Shown: positions 1 to 11,220 of the stretch, one piece after another | Layout of the letters: each line of letters opens with the position of its first letter | Position numbering within the stretch: the stretch's first letter is position 1 | From: Convolutriloba macropyga | Taxonomy: Eukaryota | Direction: 5' to 3' | Assembly (NCBI RefSeq): GCF_964194025.1 | Contig: NC_134476.1 | Location: 16,678,001 to 16,742,000 of the forward strand | Length of the DNA stretch: 64,000 nt | Notes under the pieces: generated by a model | Databases searched by the model: none | Seen by the model: only the letters and a program-made list of their open reading frames with translations | What the model was told of the DNA's origin: nothing | Made by a program: the position numbers and the translations under genes

Positions 1-75
1 GCAAGTTAAGTGCGTTGGAGGAAACTACATAACAAAACTTAATAGCTTATTGTAAAACATGTTTACCTTGTTTAG

Positions 76-704
76 GTTGCCGCAAGTTGTCTGCTAAAGG
101 TGTGACCAGGGCAGCCCAAAAACTTCTCACCCACGAATTATATAAAGAAACTCTCCAAACATCGAAACCAGTTAGAGCGGTAAATACAAGAATAACATCC
201 GAAAATCATGTACTGAAAACGGTGACAGCTAATAAAATATCTCTATCCGCATTTGATAATAAGAGATATATCTGCGGAGATGGGTTGCGAACGCTCCCAT
301 ATGGACACTTTTCTGTGGTGGGCGATAATCAAAGCGAAACGTCTAGTTCGCTCGGATGGTTTGATCCTGACCAAAGTCAGATAAGTTGGGATTACAGTAC
401 AGAGAATAGTGACAATTTAAGTGAAATTTTTCGTGACACTGAAGTGGATTGGGACTTTCCAACATATCTACCACCCCCGGAGAAAAGAATGAGAAAACAC
501 TGTAGCGATAACTTGAACCTACTTCTGGACAACGCCAGCCACTATTCGCCGCCCGATCCTGGTTTCATTAATGCGGGAGGAATAAGAGATGAGGACATTT
601 CTGATGACCAAATTGTTGACTTTGATAGAAGCAGCTCAGAGGAGGAACAAAGTTTTTGTTCATTCATTGATTTAGAAGCTACAGAAAGTAGCGGCGAACA
701 GTGA
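76..704 (+). CDS. C-terminal part of a protein-primed family-B DNA polymerase (pPolB) of a Polinton/Maverick-type element, with an acidic tail; 5' part lies outside the window
   Basis: Translation KLSAKGV...HELYKETL...RITSENHVLKTVTANKISLSAFDNKRYICGDGLRTLPYGH matches the pPolB C-terminal pattern (KAKGV...K..LS.FD.KRY...DG..TLPYGH). Upstream in-frame TAA at 30-32 and an acceptor-like tttaccttgtttAG at 74-75. Confidence 0.85.
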
Positions 705-939
705 AAGGGACAGTGTACAAACTCAATTTCATAGTGTGTTGAATTCAGAATAGTGTTGAGAAATACTTTGTGCGAGATTTGTTCAGATTTTGTTTGGAGT
801 GTTGCTTTAATTTGAACGCCCCTGATTCAATTTTTATTTTCAGTTCAATTTGTACGAAAGTTTCTTTAGCCTAAGTTCAACAAGCGGACGGTCAAGTTAG
901 GGGAAAAAGAAAGTCAGACGGCGAGACAATTACCGCCAC

Positions 940-1198
940 ATTATCCGCATAAGAACGTATCCGCATGCAATTATATAACGTATTATCCGCGTGCAATTAT
1001 ATACCATATTATCCGCATGCAATTATATACCATATTATCCCCATGCAATTATATACCATATTATCCCCATGCAAATCTATGCCCTATTATCCCCATGCAA
1101 ATCTATACCCTATTATCCCCATGCAAATCTATACCCTATTATCCCCATGGCATGATAACCCCCCCCCCCCTTTCCCAGTGCTCCCTATATTTACTACT
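940..1198. mobile_element. Right terminal repeat region of the Polinton/Maverick: ~7 copies of a 28-bp tandem unit, ending in ACTACT
   Basis: Unit ~ttatccccatgcaaatctataccctat repeated over 945-1150. Terminus ...tttACTACT at 1193-1198 is the reverse complement of the AGTAGT Polinton end and lies ~500 bp after the pPolB stop. Confidence 0.72.
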
Positions 1199-3400
1199 CC
1201 TATTAAAACGACTAAACACTGAAACGAACCCACCTCAAAAGTCATCTCTGGCGAGAAAAATCAAAATCAATAAACTGGAAAAGCGCATTGATAGAAGCAT
1301 TAGAGGACCTGACCCACATTGAGAAAACGGTCTTTAAGAGTAGAAAATTCGGCAGAATTCACATACACCTGTAATTTATCAGCAGAACTCCCACAGCACC
1401 ACAAATTGTATAACTTTATGACATTGATGCAACAGATGTTGCGGAATCTGAACTTTATAACGAAACTCTGACGTGTTTTCAGAGAACGAGATCCAATCAA
1501 CTTTTCCGACGACAGAGGAAACTTAAGCTCCATCCCTTGCCTGAAAAGAGCAATCGGTAACATACTAAGTGCACTGGACACAAGCAAATCTGGTAACGAC
1601 AACAACATTGGAAAAAAATACAGTTACAGAGATATCATAAAACAATAGGAAAACGTTTTCAGTACTTTTTTAAACCTGTTTGAACAATGCCAGTATCGTA
1701 AGCAATTGAAACTAAGCCAAGCAACGCCAATTTTTTTTTAAAAAACAAGGATGATGTGGTTTGTCACAGGCAAAATAGCCTACTCACTTGTTCCTCTAGT
1801 CTTTGAAAAGTTCATTTTGGATTACCTGTACGCCTTTGTGAAAAATTTCCAAGAAAATCAATTGGGATTCAGAAAAATCTCTCTTCAGCACTCCTTGGTA
1901 AGATATTATCCTACAAGGATTATGAACGAAATAATCAACTAGCGATCTTGTACCTTTATCTCGCAAAAACTTTCGATACGGTACCAGACGGCATGATACA
2001 AACTGAAAACTTTTGGCAATGCTGGAAACTGCTGAGACTGATGGCTTCATACATAAGCGTAAGATAATAAAAGATGAAGTAAATGGAGGCCTCACTACTT
2101 CAAGGGAAGTTACCCGCGTTGAGCCTCCAGGCTCCATCTTATCACCTCTGCTATCTCTAATCTTTGTTAATGAATTCCCCAATACAATACTCCCACCATG
2201 GACAGTTATCCCTATCCTGATTATTTCAAATTTATCACACAAACCAAAATGGAATATTGCTTTCAAAAACGTAGAAAACTGAATGAAAGCGAGCAGAATG
2301 CAACCGAACAAAAAGAAATCCCACATCCTAACATCAAGAGGCTAACCGACGGTGTTTCATTTGATCAAACTTTTAACATCCACCGAGTCAAAGAGACCTT
2401 GGCCTGATAGCAGAAAACCGCTGCCTGGAATGAACATAACCGACAAAATTGCTATCAAAGACTGGCGAGCAGTTGGCTACGAGAGTTGCCAAGTACGGTT
2501 TGAGGAGGATAGTGAAGTGTGTGGTGAAATCGCGGGATGGGTAAGGGGGAGGGGGGGGGGTCAAACCCTAAGAACCTCCATTCACACCAGAAACTTAAGT
2601 TTCAAAAACAGCTTAGATGAATTGCATAATTAAAATATAGTAAAGGAGACTCTAGCTCCAAGAGCACCTAAAAGTCGAATGGATTAAATGAGAAATCGGT
2701 TTCGTTTGAGAGCAATTAGAAACTGTTCATTGCGGACCTGAAAAGCCGCAGGCGCCTTCTTCCAGCTGAAACGTAATCATGCATACGATAGCTGTGTTGT
2801 GCCTATACTCAGTTATGCCTCGCAAGCGTGGATGCCTAATCGTAAAACCCTGGCCAAAATTGACCAAAATGAGCGAAATATGGCATCCAAGTGGATACTG
2901 GGTTGCTCAATGCCCTCAAAAGAAAGACTCAAAACTCTCTGGGCGTTACCCTTATATATATATATATATATGCATCGAAACATCTTGTATTTGGTAGCAT
3001 TGGAAAACGGAAAGTATGATGTAAGCCTGGGCTCTCAGCTAATAAGCACACCTGCAACACGACAATGTAACAGCGATAAACTGAACGTACTGAAAATTCG
3101 ATTGTCTAAAACGTTAGACAACTTTTTCTAACCAATAGAGATACTGCTCAACAACCTACTCAAGATGTACAAACATTATGGAAATGAGTTAAATTAATGC
3201 ACATTAACAAAAAGCTACTAAAAATTCCTCGAGAATAAATTCTCAGACAAGACAGATGCACGTGGAGGTTGTCCTGCAGATGTGGGAGCTGCAGTCTGAT
3301 TTCAAAACTCAGAATCCACTAAAGCAAAAGTGGGCAGTAACTCTTAAGGGGTGCAAATCATCGGGCGCGTGCCCAAAATCCTTCACTTTTATTACTACCG
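1199..3400 (+). mobile_element. Decayed non-LTR retrotransposon (CR1/L2-type LINE) ORF2 reverse transcriptase and 3' end
   Basis: Frameshifted motifs: IGNILSALDTSKSGNDN (~1555-1605), SLVPLVFEKFILDYL...QLGFRK, LAKTFDTVP (~1960-1985), EPPGSILSPLLSLIFVNEFP (GVPQGSILGP-like), PILSYASQAWMP, and terminal CTWRLSCRCGSC (~3257-3293). Confidence 0.85.
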
Positions 3401-3835
3401 CTACTAAGGCCCTTTGTTGAAAGCCCACAAGGTGAGATTTTCAAAACTCTGACAAAAAATACTGTCAAAGGAAGAGTCCAGAGGAATAAATTTATTTTAC
3501 AAATGCATTTTAAAGTTTTTTGCATTGTATTTTTCCAACATTTGTCAAAAAAGTACAGAGGAATAAAGCAAAAATACATTGGAACAAATTACAGTGGGAT
3601 AATCTATAGAGGAATAGAAAAATTATAAAGTCATTATTCGGAGGAATAGAGTAATTATACAGTTGAATTTTTTCAAGTATGCCGTGTTGTATTTACCATC
3701 GACAATCGTTAAAGTTTCAATCACATCAAACCCTTAGTGAACTAGAAAGCCTCACTTTTTATTATCAACTTTTTTGTGAAATTCGTTTATCTAATACATT
3801 TGCGGACTTGCAATTAAGTATAATATGCATAATAA

Positions 3836-6430
3836 CAAACATAGCTGGCAGATTGCCAGAAAATAGCCGCAATAGATTCGTAGATCGGCAGTCTAAAAAA
3901 CAGTAAAAAAGACAGACCAAAAAAATTAGTCTTTTCATTGAAGGCTGATCTGTTATATTTTGATTAAAAATCTGTATAAGTTATTGCTGCCTCTATTAGC
4001 TGATCTCAAATAACCTTCATTTAGAGTGACACACACCCATTTGACCTTATCTCTTTGAATTAAAGTAAATAAAAGTCAATTTCAAAGAGAGGAAGTCATT
4101 TTTGAGAGTGAGGTAAGTCAAGTGTGACCAAAAATTTAATCACGCGCATGAACAAAAAAACTCGCTCTCCACTAAGAACGAAAAATGACGTTACACATGC
4201 AATTCAGTTGAAATTGCATGAACGAATGAACAAAAAGTGGCTGTGACGTCAAATGGTCGTAACAAAAATCATGACGACGAAATAAAAAAACCAAGAGAAG
4301 GCCAATAATAGCCCCAGCTGTNNNNNNNNNNNNNNNNNNNNNNNNNNNNNNNNNNNNNNNNNNNNNNNNNNNNNNNNNNNNNNNNNNNNNNNNNNNNNNN
4401 NNNNNNNNNNNNNNNNNNNNNNNNNNNNNNNNNNNNNNNNNNNNNNNNNNNNNNNNNNNNNNNNNNNNNNNNNNNNNNNNNNNNNNNNCGGAATAGCTGC
4501 GAAAGAATAGACTTGCGTGCCTTATAATAGAGATAGAAACAGATACAGATCTAAATCGAAACACAATTGACGCCGCTCAAAAATCTAGGTACAAAACCTT
4601 CAGCGATAAATTAATAAAGCTTGTTAAAATTCATTCCGCAGAAGCCTCTTATTAGGGACCTTCACTGCACATATGAGTTCCCTTGACCTTAAATTAATTC
4701 AATATAAACTTAAAGTTTTTACAGTGCAAAAGTCATTTTTATTGACAGAGGTAAGTCACGTATGATCAAAATCTAATCACGCAAATGCCTTAAATACTTT
4801 TTTCTAGAGAGATTGAGAAATGACGTCACGCGCGCAAACGCCGTTAGTGAGAGGAATAAGTCAATCAGAAAATTTGACTTTTTCAGCTTTGCTGTGTGAA
4901 CAAAAGAACGAAAAAGAGCGTCAGACGACGAAACAAAAAAACATAGCAGGACAAGTCCTGACGTACAATTCAAAAAATTTTCATTGACTAAACAGAAAAC
5001 TAGACCTAGAACGGACTATGAATGGATTGGAAAAACCATTTAGAAAAAAATCGGATAAAAAAATTAAAAAAAAAAACAGTAAAAATCAAAGTGAAATTGC
5101 CGCATGTGAACAAAAAACCACTAGCGAGAAAGCGAATTTTTGTTCCAACACCGTTTTCTCACTCTACTTCAAATTTAGAGCAAAAAAATTTCACGCCGCA
5201 AAACCACTCGCTTTTTCGCTCCACTTCCTGTTTCGGCGTGACCAAAATCACTACTCCAATTTGACTTCAAAAATCATGAAAATGTGTAAACATCTTAAAA
5301 AACATAGCTGGCAGATTGCCAGAAAATAGCCGCAATAGCTTTGTAGATCGGCAGTCTACAAAAACAGTAAAAAAGACAGACCAAAAAAATTCGTCTTTTC
5401 ATTGAAGGCTGATCTGTTATATTTTGATTAAAAATATGTATAAATTATTGCTGCCTCTTTTAGCTGATCTCAAATAACCTTCATTTAGAGTGACACACAC
5501 CCATTTGACGTTATCTCTTTGAATTAAAGTAAATAAAAGTCAATTTCAAAGTGAGGAAGTCATTTTTGAGAGTGAGGTAAGTCAAGTGTGACCAAAAATT
5601 TAATCACGCGCATGAACAAAAAAACTCGCTCCACTAAGAGCAAAAAATGACGTCACACATGCAATTCAGTTGAAATTGCATGAACGAATGAACAAAAAGC
5701 GGCTGTGACGTCATATGGTCGTAACAAAAATCATGACGAAATAAAAAAACATAGCAGGACAAGTCCTGACGTACAATTCAAAGAATTTTCATTGACTAAA
5801 CAGAAAAACTAGACCTAGAATGGACTATGAGTGAATTGAGAGCACCATTTTAAAAAAAATCAGAACAAAAACATAAGAAATAAACAGAAAATCAATGTCA
5901 AAATGCCGCATGTGAACAAAAAAACCCCTAGCGAGAAATGAAAATTTAATTCAAACAAAAAGCTAGGCCTAGAATGAGCTGTGAATGGATTGGGAAAACC
6001 ATGTAGAAAAAAATCCGATCCAAAAAATCGAAAAAAACAGTAAAAATCAGAGTGAAATTGCCGCATGTGAACAAAAGTCCACTACCGATAAAGCGAATTT
6101 TTGTTCAAACACCGTATTCTCACTCTACTTTAAAATTAGAGCGAAAAAAATTCACGCCGCACAACCACTCGCTTTTTCGCTCCATTTCCTGTTTCGGCGT
6201 GACCAAAATCACCACTCCAATTTGACTTCAAAAATCATGAAAATGTGTGAACAGATCTTAAAAAAAAGACAGCGCCCCAATACAATTCAAATTCTTTGAA
6301 TTGTAAAAAACCAAGAGAAGGCCAATAATAGCCCCAGCTATCGCTGTGCGGCTATTAAAAAGACAGCGCCCCAATACCATTCAAATTCTTTGAATTGTAA
6401 AAAAACCAAGAGCACCGCAATATAGCTTCG
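3836..6430. mobile_element. Stack of dispersed non-autonomous repeats (Helentron/HINE-like), internally duplicated
   Basis: 3836-4290 is near-identical to 5299-5750 and 13195-13650. 4937-5300 resembles 5745-6260 and 53045-53650. Module junctions fall at A-runs followed by CATAGC+hairpin or CCAAGAG. The superfamily assignment is inference. Confidence 0.7.
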
Positions 6431-6674
6431 CTCAGCTTACAGCTTCGCAGCTATAAAAATAATTATAAAAACTACTGAAATCGCACAGAATGCAAAAGAA
6501 GCAATTACAATAGCTCTCGCATAATAGAGAATATAAAAACGGTAGATAGATATGTGACAACAAATGCTTCAAGTACTCACCCCAAAATGTCCCTTTTACT
6601 GATAAAGAAAACTGAGCTTCCATATAAATTATCTGACTCGATGGCGGGCAACCTCGAGAGGCCAAGAAAAACCG

Positions 6675-7806
6675 TTAAGCTAATTTTAAAGCCTTGATAA
6701 TATTCTGACTATTGGCAAAGTATCTTTCTCGCCTGTCTGTCAACTTACCACTAGCTTGAGCCATCATCTGCTCAGAAGCCTTTTTAAACTTCTTGAACTG
6801 CAGAAATTCGGCAAACACTTTCATATCGTCCGCCATCTCGTTTCCAGAAGTGTCGGGCATCAGAGCAGATATCATCTGACCCAGCGCCCCAAATTCGGCA
6901 CCTCGCTTTCGTGTATTCATTAGTTGGTCTGAACTTTGCTGACCAATTTGTTGATCAGTTAAACTTGAAGCGAATTGCATCATATTTGTAGCGTTCATAG
7001 CTCCATTATTTTGACCTCTAAGTTCGACTTCGCCGTGTGCAAACGAGCACAACTTTCCATTTCTACAAAATCCAGATGACGAGAACGCTTTACACAGAGC
7101 TCGTTTGTACGAACTGGATTGCTTATCGGGTTTCTCTGGCCTCTTAGAACAACGCAGCTCAGTTAGACCATGAGCAAAGTTACAATCCGTTCTTTGGCAT
7201 GAACCATTTTTCTGGAATATATCACACAATGTGCATTTCCAGTTTGGGTTCGTTTTGATCTTCTCTTCGAAGTCTCCTGAAAAATGATAATTTTTTCATT
7301 ATATACGCCTGCAGTTCTATGAACCTTCTCAGAGATTTCTCAAAATGATGAATTCGAATGCAATAGAGCCAGGGGTGGTATATTTTATTAATTTTAAAAC
7401 TGGTTGCTGAAACCGATAATCAACTCGTGACTAGCTTCACCCATTTGCTTTTACTTTAACAGTTTTACAATTTATACTACGAAGAAATTTCACAAAGCAA
7501 AACCAAATAACCTTTAAACCCTTTAGGGCGCAGCTCATATCTGGTGTGTGCGAACATGCAATCCTCGTCTAAAAAACACTGTCCGTTCTTCTCAAAGCTC
7601 TTGCACAGTTCTGTCTTGTAAATTCCACTTTGCTTCACATCTTTGACGGTGCCCGTACTCGCTTTGGGGTGCACTTTTAGCTCGCTTTCGTCATGAGCAA
7701 AATTGCATTTATCCTTTTTCATGCATCTTTGTTTTTGAAACGGAATGCACATGCGAGTTTTGAACTTCGCAGGATCAGGGGCAGTGTTGCGCCTCAAATA
7801 GTCCAA
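6675..7806 (-). CDS. CCCH zinc-finger protein, downstream portion with four fingers; exons ~7806(or 7792)..7512 and 7276..6675; start unresolved
   Basis: Fingers: FKTRMCIPFQKQRCMKKDKCNFAH, YKTELCKSFEKNGQCFLDEDCMFAH, WKCTLCDIFQKNGSCQRTDCNFAH, YKRALCKAFSSSGFCRNGKLCSFAH. A GT-AG phase-1 intron 7511..7277 joins ...PKGFK-G-DFEEKIKTNPNWK in frame. Confidence 0.9.
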
Positions 7807-8077
7807 TCGTTACCAAAATTTCCATCATATGTTTTCTATTTTGAGGCCCTTAACCATAAAGTAAACACTCATCGCGTACAAGAGTTTTTGACACTCACAA
7901 ATGGCCAAAAAATTATCTTAAAACGGAATTAAAAATTAATGTATAAATTCCATTTCAGACAAAAAATTTTCAAAAATACTCTATAAACTGTAGGGTTATC
8001 AGGACTTGCTCTTCTAATTAACTGTTTCCGTTATCAATAAACTGCCTTCATGTATCATTTGGACTATTCGAGCATAA

Positions 8078-9018
8078 TTACTGTTCTTGGCTGCTTTCGG
8101 GCACAAACGATGTCGGCTGTTGGAGCAAAGAAATAAAGCCCCCAGATTGAGATTCTTGTGACAGCGCATTTACACCCTCTGGTTTGACATGAGCAAACAT
8201 GCAACTGTCTCCTTTGGTACAATTCCCGTATTTCAGGTAGAAATTGCACGTTTTCTGAAACGTGATCAGAATCGGCCGTTAGAAACATCAATAAGTTTGG
8301 AGACTGCTCAAACTTTGCCAAATAGGTGATCAGATTGGTATCAGAGAAAACCTGAGAATTTTAAAAACCTGTACATTAATGGCCTTACAGTTAATTTCTT
8401 CAGAAATTTGTCTCCGAACTGATGCTTTGTAGGAGTCTACGAACAAATTTAGGGTCATTAACATTTTACCCCCCCCCCCCCCCCACGAAATTATAACCCC
8501 CCCCCCATAATGGTATGTTTACCATCATTGGGGGGGGCTTTAAGTTATCTAACCCCTAAGTGGGGGGGGGGGGTATAGTGGGAAAGACCCCCAAATTCAC
8601 TGTAACAAATTTATCCCGTAAAAATTAACGGATCTTTTCCGTTTGTGCCCCCCCCCGCTTAGTGGGCGCATATTTGCACCCCCCAGACGCACGTGCAATA
8701 TTTTTACACTGATTTACTATGTAATGGCACGGGCTCTGTAACTGTGGGGCGCATAACGTACTGGGGGGGGGCAAACGGAAAAGATCCAAATTAACTTAGA
8801 AACATACAAAGTAAAATGTTACCGTCTTATATCTGTCGTTAGTAGGAACAGAAGATTGAACCAGTTCAATTGGTTCGTCAGATTGCCTTTGCGAGTCAAC
8901 TATGGGTGACACTGTTGTAAGATCTCTTCGCTCATGCTCTCTTTGAGCAAACAAATAGTGGTCTTCCATTCGACCCATTATTTCTCGCTCAAAATTAGTA
9001 CCCATCTCTATCTTGAAT
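8078..9018 (-). CDS. CCCH zinc-finger locus, middle exons 9018..8823 and 8254..8078 (one degenerate finger, one intact finger)
   Basis: Phase-0 GT-AG intron 8822..8255 joins ...TNDRYKT to KTCNFYLKYGNCTKGDSCMFAH (C-x8-C-x5-C-x3-H). The ORF track shows a different frame for this second exon. Confidence 0.85.
8452..8592. mobile_element. Small MITE with C/G-run inverted ends inside a CCCH gene intron; related copy at ~9884-10028
   Basis: gggtc...ttaccccccc / gggggtatagtgggaaagaccc inverted ends. Internal ccat(a/t)atggtat..ttaccat.attgg shared with 9925-9955. Confidence 0.6.
8630..8787. mobile_element. MITE with GGATCTTTTCCGTTTG TIRs and an 8-bp TSD; more decayed copies at ~42539-42710, 44338-44461 and 44687-44855
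   Basis: TIRs ggatcttttccgtttg / caaacggaaaagatcc. Exact direct repeat aaattaac at 8622-8629 and 8788-8795. GG termini with an 8-bp TSD suggest Merlin-like or hAT/P-type (inference). Confidence 0.85.
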
Positions 9019-11220
9019 CTGAAAAACAACTTTGCTCAGTAACGTAAGGGCGTCAAAAAACAGAAATTACGTTTTTAAGTAGAAAATTTGCAGTATTTAA
9101 ACACGTGCGCAAACTCTGAATCCGTTGCGGTGAAATAATCAGTAAAAGTCGCCACTGATACTGTAAATGATGTAATGGTTACCTGACTCTGCTTGAAGTC
9201 ACTGAAAACTTCTGGCGTTTATCGAGAACCGCAAAGATATTAAGTGAGAATTTCGAAGTGACTTCTGCAGAGTCACTTAACCATGCATAAAACACGAAAC
9301 GCGCGCGTTTTAAAATGACGAAAGTCATCGGAAGTCAACTTCTGGCTAAGTAGGCACTTCTGGCATTTTAACTTCTGGCACTGCTGACTTTCGGCATTTT
9401 AAAATGTGCACGTGAGTGTTCAAACATCAGGACCACCGCTTTTCAAAATTTCAAACAGAAAATATCCAAATCGTAATGCGATAGACAAACGTTATCAATC
9501 AGAGCTATACGATAAAGTTTTAGAAAATTTACGCGTACTGTAAAAACTCGGCTTATTATTCCGATTTTTAAACATAACCGACTAAACGTCGGAAGAATTT
9601 CTCTCGAACGACTAGTGGGAGCTCTAATCAAGTGCAGCCTGCTTCAGTCCGGGGGGTTAACATATACCACTATTAAGATTTAAAGTGGAAAATAGCACCG
9701 GTTTAGGCGCACTTTTCATTTGACTTTTAGTATTAAATTGCCGCCAATTGGGTTCTGCTGCTTGTTCTCTACGAGAGCAATTAAAGACATCAATAATGCT
9801 CGTGCGAATCGGTGCGCAGCTTTATTTGCTCTGTCAAAAACTAAGTTTCTTCGGATTTTCCTAAAGCCCTTAAGAACAACTTTCCGTCTTTTCCCATTAT
9901 AGCCCCCCATGAAATTACAGCCCACCATTATGGTATAATTACCATGATTGGTGGTGGGGGCTATAGGTTATCTGACCACTAAGCTTGGGGGGGGGGGGGG
10001 GGGCTGGGCTATAATGAGAAAGAGCCCAATTTCTTTCCGAGAATTTAGTATTCTGCTCTTATTGTGTATACAAACACATTACATTACTATCAACTTGGTA
10101 ACACATATTACAGATGGCTTGGATCCTTTCAAAAGCAGAAACTGGTTCTGAATCAGACCTCGAGCTCAAAGTGAACCATTACAAAGCTGCAAACCCAATT
10201 ACTTCCGTCAATTATCCATGAGAATAACAGCGTTTAAACATGGAATTCAACATCAATGCGTTGACTTTAGAAAGGCAATTATTGAAAGGCAAATATTTAG
10301 AAAGATAAATTCCAAGTCAAAGAAACCAAACCAAAAATATCCAAATAAGCTTCAGGTGTATCCAGCGCATTAGTTGCGTCTATTAGAATTTTGTTTTGTA
10401 CGATTGATTGCAATTTTCTGTGAATATTTTAAAATCTTAGAAGAGTAAAATGCCGGTAAGTTATTTATTCCTTTACCGATTATGATAAGCAGAAAAAGGA
10501 TACCAAAATTTAAGTTCTAAGGATGAAACCAAAACAGTATGTACTTTTTGCGATTATTGCACTGATAGATATAACAACACAACTTATTTTCCATTCGACT
10601 ATACCAAATGATCAATAAACTGCGCAAAAGGGAGTGCGTCCTGGACAAAAGGGAGTGTGCAAATAATTGGAATCTAGGTATCGAAGTATATTGAAATCGA
10701 AATAGAGAATTTCAACGTTATACATTGCACAAAAAAGTGAAATATGCTATTTGGAAAATTTAGTGTCATTTTGTGTCTCTCTGGATTTTAAGACTTGTCT
10801 AGTATTTTAGAATTTGTTTGAAATAGTCAAGATTTCGTCGAATACAGTTTTCACGGTACAGAAAACAATTTTTAACGGAAAACAATAGTTAGTGAATAAG
10901 AAGAGTGAAATTTTGAGAAGTCAATTTCTACAAAATCTAAAATGCACCGATGAGTAGCGATAATAATCATAGGGGTGAAAACGTGAGATTGAAAGCTTCT
11001 TGACTCTATTTTATGAATCATCTGTATTGTATAGTTAAGCTACAAAAAGTTTTCTAGTGTATGAGAACGCCCGTTCTAAGGGTAAGTTAAACAGTGCGTG
11101 AATGATCATGAAAAAGAAAATCAGTTTGAAACATATACATGTGAATTCAAATTGATCTGAATTTTAAAAATGTTGAGGCAATGTGGTGATTTTGAATCAA
11201 AGTTGAAACACAAACGATAT

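Noticed and set aside
945-1150. 28-bp repeats as a CRISPR array, and ORFs 965..1222 and 1017..1322
   Set aside because: No unique spacers and a eukaryotic context. The ORFs are translations of the tandem repeat.
5018-6299. Paired ~104-aa ORFs (5018..5329, 5985..6299) as duplicated genes
   Set aside because: They lie in a dispersed repeat with other copies (e.g. ~53330-53600) and show no recognisable domain.
8064-8321. Listed 85-aa ORF as a protein
   Set aside because: Wrong frame; the real exon (8254..8078) encodes a CCCH finger in another frame.
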